From NCBI GenBank assembly GCA_010405405.1, contig MU004238.1, positions 1,499,530 through 1,563,529 of the forward strand: 64,000 nucleotides of DNA, written 5' to 3'. Origin of the DNA: Microthyrium microscopicum. Its lineage: Eukaryota. Numbering within the stretch: the first letter of the stretch is position 1; each line of letters opens with the position of its first letter. Shown piece after piece: positions 10,463-23,966 of the stretch. The translations under genes and the position numbers were made by a program. The notes under the pieces are model-generated. The model saw only the letters and a list, made by a program, of their open reading frames with translations, had not been told where the DNA came from and did not search any database.

Positions 10463-13400
10463 GTTGTTGATATTCAGACTGGTGAGGATTGTGTGGACGA
10501 AGAAGGGAGATAGCAAGCGAAGGAGATGACAATTGTGTTGGTTCCTGCGTAAAGATAGTGTCAGTAAGATGGTAAAGCCTCGGAAAAGTGAAGGACTAGG
10601 AGCAGGGAGGTAGTTACCAGGCACAAGCATGAATTGTCGGTGATTGCAATGTTCCTGAATGGTGAGATATTGGGTTGAGGTGACAATTGGAAAGATTGAG
10701 TTACTCTTGTCCGCGTTGTAAATAAATGCCACGCGAGAATGTGTCGGTATTCGGTAAGCGCAACACAGAGAATATACAAGTGTTGACTACTAGTATGACG
10801 GGGTTGACGGCTCGTGGAGTATGCCGAGTATTATTGATGAATGGGTAAGAGCACTCTGGACAAGACAAGAAAGGAAAGGGATGTAGACTTTGGGGGCAGG
10901 AGCAGCTGGTGGAAAGGGAGGAATTGGGAAGGCGCTGGGAAGGCTGAAAGGCAAGTGCAGGCTGAGAGCGGCAAGCGCGATGAACTCGAACTGACTTGGA
11001 CTGGACTGCAATTGCCAAAAATGTCAATGGATTGCAATTGGGTGTTTGCTGGCTGTGGATAACGTCTAACGTTCAAGGTCTAACGAATGGATAACAGAGA
11101 TTAGAACGACGCGCGCGGAACCAGATGGAGATGGATCAAGACAAAAGCTTGTCTCTCAATTTTGATGCATGAATTCGCAGCACCAAGAGTCAGATGTAGA
11201 ATGGGTTATCATCTTCAAAAACCTGTTATTTCTAGGCGTGCAGGATGCTATTCCTTCAGAGCTGCACAATCAATCAATCTGTATGCAAGGCTAGCTCCCA
11301 GTGCTCCCCTAGTAAAGATTCAAAGAATAACGAAACATGGGCAAACATGGGCCAGATGCCTCTTCATCCCCCACGCCCCTCATCCTTACTCGTCCAACGT
11401 CCCAAGAGGCTTAACCAGGCTGTCCATTGACATGTCTTGGAGAAGCCGTGGTTCATGCAGCTATCCAGCTAACCACCAGCTCCATCCATACCTTGCCGAG
11501 CTTTGCCAGACACCCCAGACCCTCGAATTCGATGACTTGCAACTGCAAGTTGCCGCACAGTCTATCCAAGTGGGGAGCTGAGCTGCACTATTTCCTATTG
11601 TTCCACCTTAATTATGCCTGTAGTTACTCACGATGCTGTGCTTTTCAAGCCTCGCTGTCAAAGATTCTGCTGGTTGTGCAGCACTCTCCGCGACCGCAAC
11701 CGATAAGTTGTAACCGCCCGTTGGACTTTTGATGGATACTACCTCGCCTAGTTTCCCTCTCACAGACCTCTTTCTGGCCCTTCTCAACTCCTCTATCGTG
11801 GCCAAGACAAATCAAAGGCTGTTCGTTATCACTGACATCATTGAGTCACTCGGACCATCATTGACCAACTCTAATCTTCAACTTCATTTGTTTCAAGCCA
11901 ACAACTTTGCTGCTTTCCTTGTATCAACACGATTGCCACCTGGATATCTCAAGTGGCCTTGACAAGACTCCATGTCTCGTACTTTGGATTGTGTCTCATC
12001 TCAAATTGCCGTCAATATTTCCCCTGCTAGTCTATCATTCCCGCATGGCTCGTCGGCAACCTCAGATACCCATCCTTGCACCCGCTGCTTTCCTGATTTG
12101 TTGAGCCGCTTCCATCTTGAATTCTTGATAGGTATCGCTTTCGCGCTCCATCAGGCACAATCCGAGCATCTAGCATGTAGATCCCAGATAATCTAACCCC
12201 GCAACTCTTCCTACCAATCCATGGATACTTTCTACAACCTCCAGGCTCTAGATATCTAGTATGAAGCAGGTTCAACTTGGTCAAAGTGGACCCTACGCTA
12301 GGCAATAGTTTTTCTCTAGTGGACATGTCAATATTGAAAAGTCCAAAGTGTATTTTATCCGGTTCCATTTAACGCCAAAATGCCTGGTCTTGAATCCCGG
12401 AATGTTGCACTTCTCACATTATCAAAGCCTTGGCAGCCACGCAATCCTATATACACGGCTCCCCATCGAACACTTGGAAACATCTAGCGCGAAGAAGATC
12501 CCAAGTTAGGCGGTGATGGATGAACACTATCCTTGTCTACAGCACGCTAACTATCTGCAAGATTAGGCCAGACTGTCCCGACTCCCCACCACGTTAGAAA
12601 AAAACTATACCAACTCGTGGATATTGAGTAATGCCAGCTCCACCAAGAGATCAGATTAGTCACTGCGATGGAAGATAAAACGAAAGCGTCTATTATTTGG
12701 AGCAGTCTGCTCCTCCAGGTCAATTCCAAGGCCTGCCTACCCAATGGTACTCGACCAGGTGTTACGTTCGGATCAATTGATAGCAGTTCATGCATGATGC
12801 TGTGGACGTGGTAGGAAAATCACCATGCCAATCCGCTAGACTATCTAGCTAACCCACCAACCGGCCCTTTTCTCACCGGTTTTTAGCTGGTCTGGAGTCA
12901 AAACGACATCTTCAAAGCTATGATCCTACAAGATGCCACAGATATCGGTTTGCCTTGGGCTGGGGGCTAAATTTCCGTTTACAATCAGGAGGGCTGGAAT
13001 CGGCAATTGATGTCTTGATGGACTTCGTTCTATCATATTCAGAATCCACTGAATCCGGGGAAACAACGATATGTCTTTAACTCATGCCAAATGAAGGGAT
13101 GGATGTTGTCGATACTCAATGCAGCAAATCTTCATACAGCCAATGCCCGAAGGAGTACCAAAGCTCTAGCTTCAGATAAGATCGACAGGAATCCTTTCGT
13201 CCAGGGATCCAGTCCTAGGCATGCGACATATATTTAAAGTATTAAGTGATTACTTCTAAATATATTGCTGCTCGAAGACTCCAGGACTCCTACTTCCATG
13301 GCAGGATTCATCTATCAAGTCCTACAATACCATCGATCCTCGAACTCGATAGTTTATCCTCAATCTGATGGAATCGGCCGCTGGTATTACTGTAACACGA

Positions 13401-13729
13401 TCCATAAGACGGATCTCGGCAGGCACAAGAAACTCCGAAAGGGTCATCTGTCCGCGTTGTGTTCAATACAATTGTACACAACTCAATGTTGTGGATCGTG
13501 ACATCCCGGAGCTGCAACGGGAAGTCTTGCCGTAAGAACGGTTCAAGTGCGAGTCTGAGGCCTCGATCTATTACTAGAACTTGGCCTAGATATTCTCGAA
13601 AACAGTCGATGGAGTCTAGTTGACGCTCTGGCTCGGAGACCTTTGTAGATCATTTTGAAGACGCAAGGCTAACATCACCACCAGATTTCTCTACGGCGGC
13701 GACTCCAACGAACATTCGTCTGCCCCGGC

Positions 13730-14847
13730 CTAAGCTGGAACTCGGAGCCAACAAGCTCCAAATCTACCGCGATCATTAGCACAGTTATTCATAGCACCCA
13801 CTCGTAACTTACCAGGACACGCCATCAATCGTTCAAACAAGTCTCCTACCATTCCTTTCAACACCTCTGCTTCTTCAACTCTCCACGCCCACTTATTCCG
13901 ATTCCAACTACTGCAATGTGTAAAGTATTCATAGAAACACCCACGACACTCATGAAAATGCGCTGGCGCCTCACCCAGTCCAACCCACGTCTCCCTACAC
14001 GACCAGATCTCACTCCGCACACCCCGTAGTATCAGCCGTGTATGCGTCGGCAGTATCTCCCGTACCTCCAGCGGCCACCGGCCTGCCCAGTGCGATCGAT
14101 AGAATTCATGGAATTGCTCTTCACGTCGCTCTTTGCCAACTAGATGCCACTCGACGTGCTTTAATGCTGGCATGCTTAGCAGCGCGCTGTAGCAGGACTG
14201 CAGTGTTACTTCGTAGCCCGTATTTGAGGCCCTTGGCGCAAATGCGTCGAACTGCGTATCCCAGGGATTTGCACGCGGTAGAATCACCCAGTCGCGGCGT
14301 CGTAGCCCGGTGAGTTGGTCGGCGTCGCTGTCGGGCTTGTAGCGCGCATCTTCAGTGAGAATGAGTGCTAGTCGAGAGACCAGTTCCGCGGGCCGGAATG
14401 ACTGGTGAGACTGGCCGCGGAGGAAGGACAAGAGCGCGGTTTCGTCGACCATGAACGTCGCATTGCTGGACCAGCATGCGCGCGCAAGTCTTGACGCTAG
14501 CTTTGTGCCGCTGATGGCAGGGTCGAGTAGCGCATTGGAGAGACGGAAGAAAGGGGAGACATGGGAATGATGGTCGTAGGCGAGATGTAGTCGTGGCGCG
14601 CCGTTGGGTTCCCATGTTTCAAAGAGGATTTTGACATCGCCTGCTTCATACTCGAAGAGCGATTCTAGCACTTGGGCAACCAGCGCGGGTGGGAGGCGGG
14701 CGTTGAGGTATGGAAGGATGTAGTTTTGCGCGAGACTGGCTGCTTCTGGCTGATGATCGTTGATCCAGAGGGTTGAATATTCGGCCCTGTGCGGTGTTTA
14801 GCAGAAGCGCTTGGAGACGCAAGAATAGATATATCTTACTCTGCCAT
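13730..14847 (-). CDS. Hypothetical protein, possible F-box-like N-terminus; 2 exons
   Basis: ATGGCAGA/GTAAGA..GCTAAAC..ACAG intron joins to YILPYLNARLPPALVAQVLESLFEY and the 313-aa ORF. Confidence 0.6.
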
Positions 14848-15009
14848 TGTGCAATCATAGACGAAAGGAGTTGGTACCTATGTACTATTTTCTGTGTCGT
14901 GTAGGTGTATGTGTACTTTGTACGTATAAACTGGCTCAATTAAGGGTTCAATAATATGTACCAGCAGTATATATATATAGCAAAAGAATCCAGGGGTATA
15001 AAACCGCAA

Positions 15010-18000
15010 GATCGTTATTAAATTCCCGCTCAAACATTATTATTTTCCCACCCTTTTATATTATTTTCCCACCCTTTTATAAAGATCCAGCGCTTTACCT
15101 AAATAGGATAAAATTAATTACCTATTTGGGGTTGTAGTGATTAGGGAATAGTTGTTCTTGTGCATGAATTTTATCTTACTACTAGATCTTAGTGCTAGAT
15201 CTTACTACACGTTATATTTTGAAGTAGTAATTTGATAATATCTTTATAGTTATTGGACTAAATTTAATGCTTTTAAAGCCTAAATATTGCTAAATAATAC
15301 TACTACTACCTCTCCCTCGTCCGCGCCCTCTACTAGATCCTCTTAGTCATCCTCTACCTTTTCTTCTTGCTGGCGGAGCTAAAGTCGCAGCTCGTAGTTG
15401 CTCTTTAAGAGCTTGAATCTAAAGGCGTAGTTCCTAGTTCTCCCCTTGTTTATACGTTAATTTGGTGCGTCGTTTAGGTAATTGTGGACATACTTCTACC
15501 GCATGGCGTTTAGGTGATGGTTCTTTAAAATTAGATAGTTCTCCTAAATCTAATTACTAAAGCTCGTTATCTTAATGAAGCTATTCTAATATCTCTTGCT
15601 CTATTAATTTAAGAAGATTATTAAAGGTATTAATACCTTTAGCTTAAGATCTAGTAATAGGCAGTTTAATAGACGGTGCAATAGGCTATTAAATAGTAGG
15701 CGGCCTTATAGTATTTAAAGCGCTATTAACTATATCTGCTTCTTAGTATGAAGGATCTTAATAAGTAGTATTCTATTATAAAGCTAATTAAGGACGTTTA
15801 CTACTTTAAATAACGTTAGAAGGAAGGATTCTAGGTATTCTATCTTCTCTTTAAGGTAAAAGGAAGAGTAGCAAGTTAGTATTTAGTCGTAGCGTGCCTT
15901 AAACTATTATAAGCTCTAGTAAAGCGAGTTGAATTAAAGGCTATTCTCTAGCTATAAGTTTATAGAATCTTGATCGTTCTAGGAACTAGTAAACGTTAAT
16001 TTAATTAATTAGAGATATTTACTACTTTGCATCTCTATAAAGATTTGATCTTATAGTGTAACTATAAGGAAGGCTATAAATAGCTTTAAAAGCTTTAGAA
16101 TACCTACTTTAATAGATAGTAGTAAGCTCTTCTTTATCTTTAAACTTATGATACTGTTTAATAATGTAATTTAATACGTAAGTCGACACTATGGCAAACG
16201 TATCTATAGGGATAATTAGAAGGAATTTAGGCTTTAGATTAAATCATTCTTAAATTAATTTAGAACTAAAGATATCCTTAATCTTTAAAAGCTGATTATT
16301 GGATGCTTTATGAAGCATCTTTACTACGATATCTAGATCTCTATGGTATATAATAAGCTAGTCTTTTATACTACCGTGAAGGCCTTCTAACAGTAAGGTA
16401 GTAATATACCTATAATATTGAAATTAATTAATATAGGCCTTTACGAAGTCTTCTCTCTTTACGAGCTATATTATTTTAAGGTAAGAGATAAGAGCTAGCT
16501 ATAATATGCTAAAAAGATGTTAAAAATTAGCCTATTCTCACTCATATTCCTTAATGGTAGTCGCTTTAATAATCTAATACTATAGATTAGTAGTAGAATA
16601 GGTAGAAATAGTGGAATTACCTTTTTCTAGAGCCTGGTTACCTATTAGCGATCTTAAATAGTCGTGCAATATTCTAAGAATCCTTAGTCAAGATATCGAA
16701 ATTTAAAGGTCTTGTTTATATGGGCTTTGACTGCTTTATTAATATATTACTGGTAAAGAAGTTGAGGCACTTATAAGAAGTCTTCGTGCTTCTTTAAGGC
16801 GTTTTTGAGGGCTCTATAGTTGTTAGTGAGTACAACTTTTAGCATATTTATCTTGCGGCGTAGTGGTTCTTCGTCCTTACTAACGTCTTCTTTGCTATTA
16901 GGCTGAGAATCCCTATTAGGCTGAGGGCTTAGGGTAATATAACACGATTGAATAAACGCTTGAAGGGCTTATGTATAATCTTCTTCTGCTTTACTAGACA
17001 TCTAGATAAAAGTAACTAAGTAGAAGTGGTTTGTTGGCGTAATAGATCTAATGTAAAGTAATGGTATATTATAGCGGTTCGTGCAGTATGTGTAATTTAT
17101 AAGAAGCACTTTAAAATGTTCTTAATATAAAGCGACCTAATCTTATAAAGCAACTAAAATTAACTTTAACTTTTTGTCCTCTTTTTAGATTATAGCGAGA
17201 TAGAATTTATCTATTTTAAGATACTTAATAAGAGCTTTAATAGGAGTATAATTACTAATCCATTCTAGGCGTGTCTTTAACCATTGGTTATAAACATTTT
17301 GTGGAGTAAAAGTGGTGTTTAGATGCTTCGTTTTTAGCTTAGATATAATAATACCTGGCTTCACGCTAGTTGCTAATATTCTCGTGACGGTAGCTAACAT
17401 GCTGTTATTTTAAAGATCCTCTCTTTAATATCCTTTATGAGCAGCTGGATTATGTGAAGGATCGTGATTATAGCCTTCTCTACGAATAGTAAGTGTCCAA
17501 AATGGCATCTTCTTTGTCTTTTTGATTATAACGTTAAATTTATAGCTATATGCCTTTAATTAAGTATTTTTACGTTATTTAGTTACTTAAGAGTCGTAAA
17601 CGCGCGCATGATTATAATAGTATTTAAAATATGTCTTATCTTCTTGAAGGACGCAGTTAGGCTTAGATTAAAGCTTCGCCATGCAATAACTATTCTCTTT
17701 TACATATTTTTACATATAGTTAATAGCCTTATTCGTAGAGATAAAGGCAACCGTATTTTGGAGCTAAGGGATTAATATTTAGTTAAGTAGTAGTGGTTTA
17801 AAGTTTAGTAAAGATATCTCAAAAATTAGTAATGTTATAGTAAGAAAGATATTAATTAGGACGTGTAAGACGCGTTTAAGGACATAGAAACTAAAACAAC
17901 TATTCCCTAATCACTATAACCCTAAATAGGTAATTAATTTTATCCTATTTAGGTAAAGCGCTAAACCTTTATTGAAAAGGGTGGGAAAATAATATAAAAG

Positions 18001-18043
18001 GGTGGGAAAATAATAATATTTGGGCGGGAATTTAATAACGATC
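15010..18043 (-). mobile_element. Mutator-like (MULE) DNA transposon, full length, RIP-inactivated
   Basis: ~147-bp TIRs (15010-15156 and 17895-18043, starting GATCGTTATTAAATTCCCGC). Identical 9-bp TSD AAACCGCAA at 15001-15009 and 18044-18052. Minus-strand transposase relics VLLINYTYCTNRYNIPL, VVLTNNYRALKN, VPQLLYQ*YINKA and TTLLLEGLHGS. Very TpA-rich with many stops. Confidence 0.95.
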
Positions 18044-18607
18044 AAACCGCAACTACCTAATTGAGAAAAAAAAGTAAAAGTTTCCAACGTGGTACCTGGA
18101 TACCCAAAACGAATCAATGGACCTCACATTTGAAACCCACATATATATCAGGGGTTTGTAGATCCCTTTTAACTTGGAAAAAGTCTCCTATATTTTTAAC
18201 CTGTATGTTTTTAAATAACTTAATAACATTTCACCGCAACTCGTACAAAAAACAACTTCCTTCCAGACTTTTCTCCCAATATGTATTGGCCAAACGCATT
18301 TCATGCCAGGAGATTTTCAACCCGATTTGATCCACAGAACCCTGCATCATGCTCCTTTCAGTCACACACATGCCAAAAATGAACGGCCACGTCTCGAATC
18401 TGGACAACTTCGTGTTTGAACTTCTTCCACGCGATGGCTCGCAATAAACATGATCCAACCACGTGTCTCCCCTGCTTCACTCCCGAAAATTCAAACCTGT
18501 CGTGTGCTCCTCGTTTCCTCCATCCTCAGCCCACTGACCACACGCATCTAACATCTCACAATTCTCTCCTTCCTTCATCCATCTCCTTCTCCCCATACTA
18601 ACTACAT

Positions 18608-19552
18608 CTACAGCTTCGCACTAATCCCCGCCATCCCACCCTCCCCCTTCACAACCGCCTCATCAACCACAACCTCCACACTCGGCAGTCTCCTCCCACT
18701 CTTCGTCACCGTATCCCAGCTCAACTCCTGACAGTCCTCAATCCCCACCCCATTCGCAAACTGCACAACCACAAACTCCACCGCCTCTGCACCAAGCACC
18801 ACCATCGGCGCATGCCACGTCCCCGCCCCATATGTAACCGCCTGGTCTCCGCGCGCGATAAACGCTCGCAGACCAGCTAAATTCGGCGGGCCCGCGCGGC
18901 GTGGAAGCCGAGATGCGCGCGCTTGCGAGTTGGCGCTGCTTTGCAGACTGCTTGTCCAGGGCGGCGGAGACTCGCTAGTGGTTGGTGGAGGGGGAGGGGT
19001 GGTGTCGTTGGTGTATGGAGTTGGGCGCGCGAGACCGTAGCGTTCGAGCGCGGATTTCTTCTTGCGTGTTTTTGAGGGTGCGTCTGGAACGGGGTAGGGT
19101 AGGGGACGCGCGAGGATGTTTATGCGCGGGGGGGTAGTGTGCATGGTAGGTGCTACGATGACGAGGTAGCAGGTTGAGGGGTCGCGGGCGGCGAGACCGA
19201 TGGGGATGAAGGTTTGGGTTGTGTAGGCATGGCGCTCGAGCATCTTTACGTCGAATATGCCGGCGATGTCGTCGGAGGAGGATGGGGTGCGGAGGGGACG
19301 CGGTTGGCAGATGAACATTGTCATTTGCGCGCTGGCGGGCTTGCGGCTGGGCGCGAGGTGGTAGAAGTTTTCGAGGGAGGATATGTTTGCATATTTGGTT
19401 GCGGTGCCTTGGTTGGCGAGTATGGGGTTTAGTGTGGAGTGGGAGGTTGATGTTGCGGTTGTTGGGTTTTGGATTACTGTGCCGAAGGGAGCGAAGGTTG
19501 AGGGGGTTAGCGGTTCGATTGGAATGCGTCGGGGTGATAATGGGTCGGACAT
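18608..19552 (-). CDS. DAL3: Ureidoglycolate lyase with C-terminal PTS1 (AKL)
   Basis: IEPLTPSTFAPFGTVI, ANQGTA, LERHAYTTQTFIP, AFIARGDQAVTYGAGTWHAPMVV; ends -AKL. Confidence 0.92.
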   Translation of the reverse strand: MSDPLSPRRIPIEPLTPSTFAPFGTVIQNPTTATSTSHSTLNPILANQGTATKYANISSLENFYHLAPSRKPASAQMTMFICQPRPLRTPSSSDDIAGIFDVKMLERHAYTTQTFIPIGLAARDPSTCYLVIVAPTMHTTPPRINILARPLPYPVPDAPSKTRKKKSALERYGLARPTPYTNDTTPPPPPTTSESPPPWTSSLQSSANSQARASRLPRRAGPPNLAGLRAFIARGDQAVTYGAGTWHAPMVVLGAEAVEFVVVQFANGVGIEDCQELSWDTVTKSGRRLPSVEVVVDEAVVKGEGGMAGISAKL

Positions 19553-19933
19553 TATGATTAGTGTAGTATGCGTTGAGTATGAATGCAAGAGAGACGATGA
19601 GAATGGTAGAGATAGAAGAGGAGAAAGCGGGGAGATGCGATGTAGATACTATGTATCAAGAGCTATCGTGGTACTCTAGCATTGACATCTGATCTCATGG
19701 TGGGGTTGGAAACAACGTCCATTGGAAACCTTGCGAGCTCCGCCCAAGTGTTCACACGACAGCCGGATGCCGTCCGTTTTCGGCTACGAATTTCAGCCTT
19801 GCCCGCCAAGAGAAAAACAAAGCTCGGTGGGCGTTTCTGTGGCGTGTAGAAAGGGCGGCCTCATAGCCCACAACACCATAACTTCAGTCGAACTCCATCA
19901 CCATCACAACGAGGGGTGCTGGGCTATTTTAAA

Positions 19934-21298
19934 ATGGCCGAAGATGAGCCATCGTATATCGACTATGAGACCTTTCTCGATCCCTCATTTTCAGCGATCG
20001 GCTTCGCAAACAAGCTCGTACTCGCGACCAATGACCCCTCCGACAACCAGCAAGATCTCTCAACACCGCTTTCCAAGGTCCTCTTTGATGTACAGGAGAT
20101 TGACACGCATATCGATTCGTTGACTACCAAGTCCGCACTACCTCTACTCGAGTATACCCAGACAAGAGCCCAGTCGAGCCAGAAAATCCTCGATGAAGTG
20201 GAGGGACAGGTTGCAAGCTTGACCGAAGCATATAATGTGCTGAAGAAAGAGGTTGTTGAGAGGTATGAAGCTGCAGAACAGGTTCGGCTAGTGGCAGAAC
20301 GCCTCTGCCAGACTGTTCGTCTTGCTCGAGGCCTGAGTAGGACATTACTACTCGGCCGACAGCTCGAAGTCCAGATGGCAGAGTACAACGGAACTGGCGC
20401 TCGAAAAGGGGGTGACCATAGAGCGATGGTCCGGTCAGCAAATACCCTGGCTTCAATCAAGACGTTACTTCTAGCTTCAAAACCTGGAGAGGAAGGTCAT
20501 GGACTAGAAAGAGTGGCTGTTGTCAATACGTTGAGAACAGAATTGATATTGCCATCGGAAAGACTTGTAGCTTCAAGAGCACAGCAAATAATACGGGAAT
20601 TCTCCATGTCCAACCTGTTGTCGTCAAATATAGTCAATCAGCCAAGCGGTGCTGCCCCAACTTTCAGTCAAAATGAAGAGTCCAAGTCAAGAGTTTTCTC
20701 CGCCTTATTGACTTTGTTCTTGCTCTCGCCCATCCGACAAGGCATGAGCCGGGATAAGTTTGAGCCTACTTTGGTTATCTCGACTCTCCAAGAGTATCTC
20801 CAGACAGCCTTAAAGTCATCCCTAGCGGCAATGTCTCGCTCTCTCGCCACGCTACCAACTCTGGACCGAACACTCTTGGAAGTCTCAGCTAGATGTCAAA
20901 ACATATTAGCTCTTGAATCGCTATTATCCTCAGCGGCGCCTCCCAGCCATCCTGCTTTTGAGACTTCAACAGCGGATGATGCATCAAAAGAGTCATCACC
21001 ATCCAATTTTCTCCAGCCACTTCTTCAATCGCTCGATACATCATCTTTGCCATCATTTTTCTGGCGATCACTGGCTTCTGCACTATCACCACGTGTTCAG
21101 GAGATACTGACAAAGGGAGGTGTATCAGCTCGTACACTACGCAATAACAAAGATCGCGTGAGAGAAGCCATCAGAAGCTGTGTTGACCGTGGGTCACAGA
21201 TTCCAGGAGCAATTAGCCGGAGAACGATTGATCGAAGATCATGGGAAAGAGAGGCTGCAGTCATGGTTGCCTCTGTGATTGGACCTTTGGGCAGATGA
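19934..21298 (+). CDS. COG5: Conserved oligomeric Golgi complex subunit 5
   Basis: SYIDYETFLDPSFS..FAN.LVLATN, DLSTPLSKVLFDVQEIDTHID, SSLPSFFWRSLAS, WEREAAVMV. Confidence 0.9.
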   Translation: MAEDEPSYIDYETFLDPSFSAIGFANKLVLATNDPSDNQQDLSTPLSKVLFDVQEIDTHIDSLTTKSALPLLEYTQTRAQSSQKILDEVEGQVASLTEAYNVLKKEVVERYEAAEQVRLVAERLCQTVRLARGLSRTLLLGRQLEVQMAEYNGTGARKGGDHRAMVRSANTLASIKTLLLASKPGEEGHGLERVAVVNTLRTELILPSERLVASRAQQIIREFSMSNLLSSNIVNQPSGAAPTFSQNEESKSRVFSALLTLFLLSPIRQGMSRDKFEPTLVISTLQEYLQTALKSSLAAMSRSLATLPTLDRTLLEVSARCQNILALESLLSSAAPPSHPAFETSTADDASKESSPSNFLQPLLQSLDTSSLPSFFWRSLASALSPRVQEILTKGGVSARTLRNNKDRVREAIRSCVDRGSQIPGAISRRTIDRRSWEREAAVMVASVIGPLGR

Positions 21299-21575
21299 TC
21301 TTGGTTTTTACACTTCCGACCTGTTCACTGTGTTCCTCCTCCAACGATTTTGCCATCCCCTGTCTCCTGTTACTGTTCGAGTTAAAGTGCTAGGTTGGAT
21401 GAGTGACCGTTGCCGCACATTTCTGCAGCATGCTTTGTAAAAAATATTTTGGATTACAAGCATCAGCATACCACCATTATCAGGAACAACAACATCAAAT
21501 CCAAAACATCCTAAATAACATCACGTATACGAATCTCGCCTGCTCATCACGAACACAACACTAAATAAGAACATC

Positions 21576-23232
21576 ATGTCTTCCTATGGAGGTAGCGATT
21601 GCACTGTACCCCCGTTGCAACGACCAAAAAGTCTCGAAAAGCAGTCTTTCAATGACTTCAAGAATCTCTGAGAACAAAAGGTACTCGTAGACTTTGAGAT
21701 CAAATCAGGGGAGGGCCGTAAGTCTTTCTGCCATAAACTTGTTCTCGGCTCAGAATCCAAATGGATTCGCGATAACTGCATCGAGCAGCACAACTATTTA
21801 CGCCTTGATGGGATGGAGGTTAACCATGAACATGCTGTGGTTGAACTCGCGGTCGATTTCGCATATACCAAACCTCTAAACCACGATAGATTGGACCTCT
21901 CCTGGGACGACGCTAGTCAGAAGGAAAACGACCGCCGAGGGCATCGCATTAAGCGCAAGCAATTTTTCATTCGACCTCATGATGTGTTCTTTCTCTTGAG
22001 CCGTCTTGCTGATATGGCGCAGCTACTCAAAATGCCGAATCTTGAAATAGAGGTACTCCAGAAGTGGTCAGCTTACATCGACGAACTCCGGATCCAAGGC
22101 CCCCGGAACTTGGAAGGCACTCCGGCTCAGAATTAAGAAGTGGTATATGCCAACTTCTTCAATGCATTCTGCCCTTTCTTGAGAGATTGTTATAAGCACA
22201 TCGACCACTCACCTCTGGTACCCTGGCTTGAGAAGATCGGCTGGGGAATACAGGCTCTTGATCTTGAAGCCGTCTCCAACTTTCGCCAGAACCACTTCTA
22301 CAAGCCACTCAGCGATATTGTATTCGCCTACCGTGCAACCCTTCCAGAAGAAGTGACTTTGGAGGATCTTGACTTCTCGTTACCCGGACCTGACTGCCGA
22401 TTTCGCCCCATATGTCCCGCGATACAAGCGTGGGGCACATATTCTCAAAGGCACGGATCCTAACGACGACAGTTATTTTGCTCATCCATACGGTGCTATG
22501 AACTATTCGAGTAGTCCAACCCTCAGTCCTAAAGGCAAACAGCCTGCGACGCATTCAGGAGGAACAGAAAACGAAACTGCCAGCTCGATCACCCCGTCCG
22601 GCCAAGCTCGCGCTAGCAGCAACGTCCGCTCTGGTAGTCCTTCAGCATCTGACACCTCAATGGACTCCAAGTCCACAAATACCGCTCGCGATTAGTTCAG
22701 GGCAGATCCTTCAGCTAGCCTGGAAGATTCGCGCTCCCCGTTCCATGATTCTCTTCGACGTCTTGACAATTTCGCAATCTGTTTCACAAGAGTTGGATGG
22801 CCTACGCTTACAAATCGTTAAATCAACCCTAGCGGAAGTCAGAATGGTGGCGGCAGAGATCAGAACCTTGGAGGACGCAGCTCGGATACTTCAAGCAACT
22901 CGCTTGACTCAGAGCGCCAGTCCGAATGCTGCTCAACTTGTTCCTCCCGAGGTGACGGGCTTTATGTTCAAGCACAGCGCCGTGCACACGGTATTGGCAG
23001 CTGCGGAGGTCAAAATAGACATCATGGACAAAGCACTAGTCGTGGACGTGTAAGCCGTGGACGTGGATCTAGTCGTGGACGTGGATCTAGTCGTTCAGCT
23101 GAACAGAACACTGTTGGGCGATATCAGAACCAGCATGGGCTACCTTTCGGTCCACGCTTCCTCCCAGGACCGCCAGGCTTGCCACCTTTCGCAATCTTGC
23201 ACCCTCCATTCTTGGGTCCTCACTTTTGGTGA
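21576..23232 (+). pseudogene. Disrupted BTB/POZ-domain gene with low-complexity Ser/Arg/Gly C-terminus
   Basis: BTB-like LVDFEIKSGEGRKSFCHKLVLGSESKWIR...VVELAVDFAYT. In-frame stops TGA 21669, TAA 22134, TAG 22693 and TAA 22819, plus an apparent frameshift near 22370-22400. Confidence 0.7.
23038..23094 (+). repeat. Short 15-18-bp tandem repeat (CGTGGACGTGGATCTAGT) encoding SRGRGS repeats
   Basis: Two exact 18-bp units at 23056-23091 preceded by a 15-bp variant. Confidence 0.8.
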
Positions 23233-23966
23233 TCTGTGGCTGAACTCAGCGAATAGGGGTGTAAACATTAGCTAGGTGTTGGGTTAGATAGATCATGAAT
23301 GTAAAAGACAGTGCCCACTACTGGCATTGTCATGATGTATTATAATCAGTGCCCAAGTGATTACGTAGGGATAGACAATAGAGCTCTGGTTGCAGCACTA
23401 AGATATCCAGGCACTCGACCAGAGATAGAGTTATATTATGGGAAGATTAAGCACGTAGAGCGTAAGCTCATCACGATGTACAATTTAAGACTTGGTAGAA
23501 AACTTGAGCTACAGATATTCCTCGTCAAACAACACTTCATTCGTGGGCTGGACTTGGGCTTAGAAGATATCATAACAGTTGCAGTGTCAAAAGTAGGAAC
23601 GGCTAAAAGATCGGATTGAAAACAATTTGCTATGTTGGCCAATCTCAGCACCACAAGCTTGACTTTAATGGGAGGAAAGCACGAAGAAGTCCGTGTTTCT
23701 ATTGTCAACAATCATTCTGCACGAGAGCAGGAGCATGTTGATGTTTTGACAACGGGCAGGAGCATACGGCTCTATATGTTTCTCTTGCTATGGGCAAACA
23801 TACAACAAAGACTGTCATGGTTTATCCAATCCTCGTCATTAAATCATTACTAGCGACTCTATATTTCTATTCAGGCTGTCAAGTCATACTGTGAACTTCG
23901 TATACCTCCATGATCTTCGCAGATCGACGTTCTTCCGACTGACGCTTCGATTTCCTTGAAGCAAGG

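Noticed and set aside
10700..13520. Many 60-140 aa ORFs in the 3-kb gap upstream of the Metallopep gene
   Set aside because: Overlapping, often non-ATG starts and no domain motifs; best read as UTR or intergenic DNA.
17185..18117. Short ORFs inside the Mutator element
   Set aside because: Fragments of RIP-mutated transposase or TIR sequence, not separate genes.
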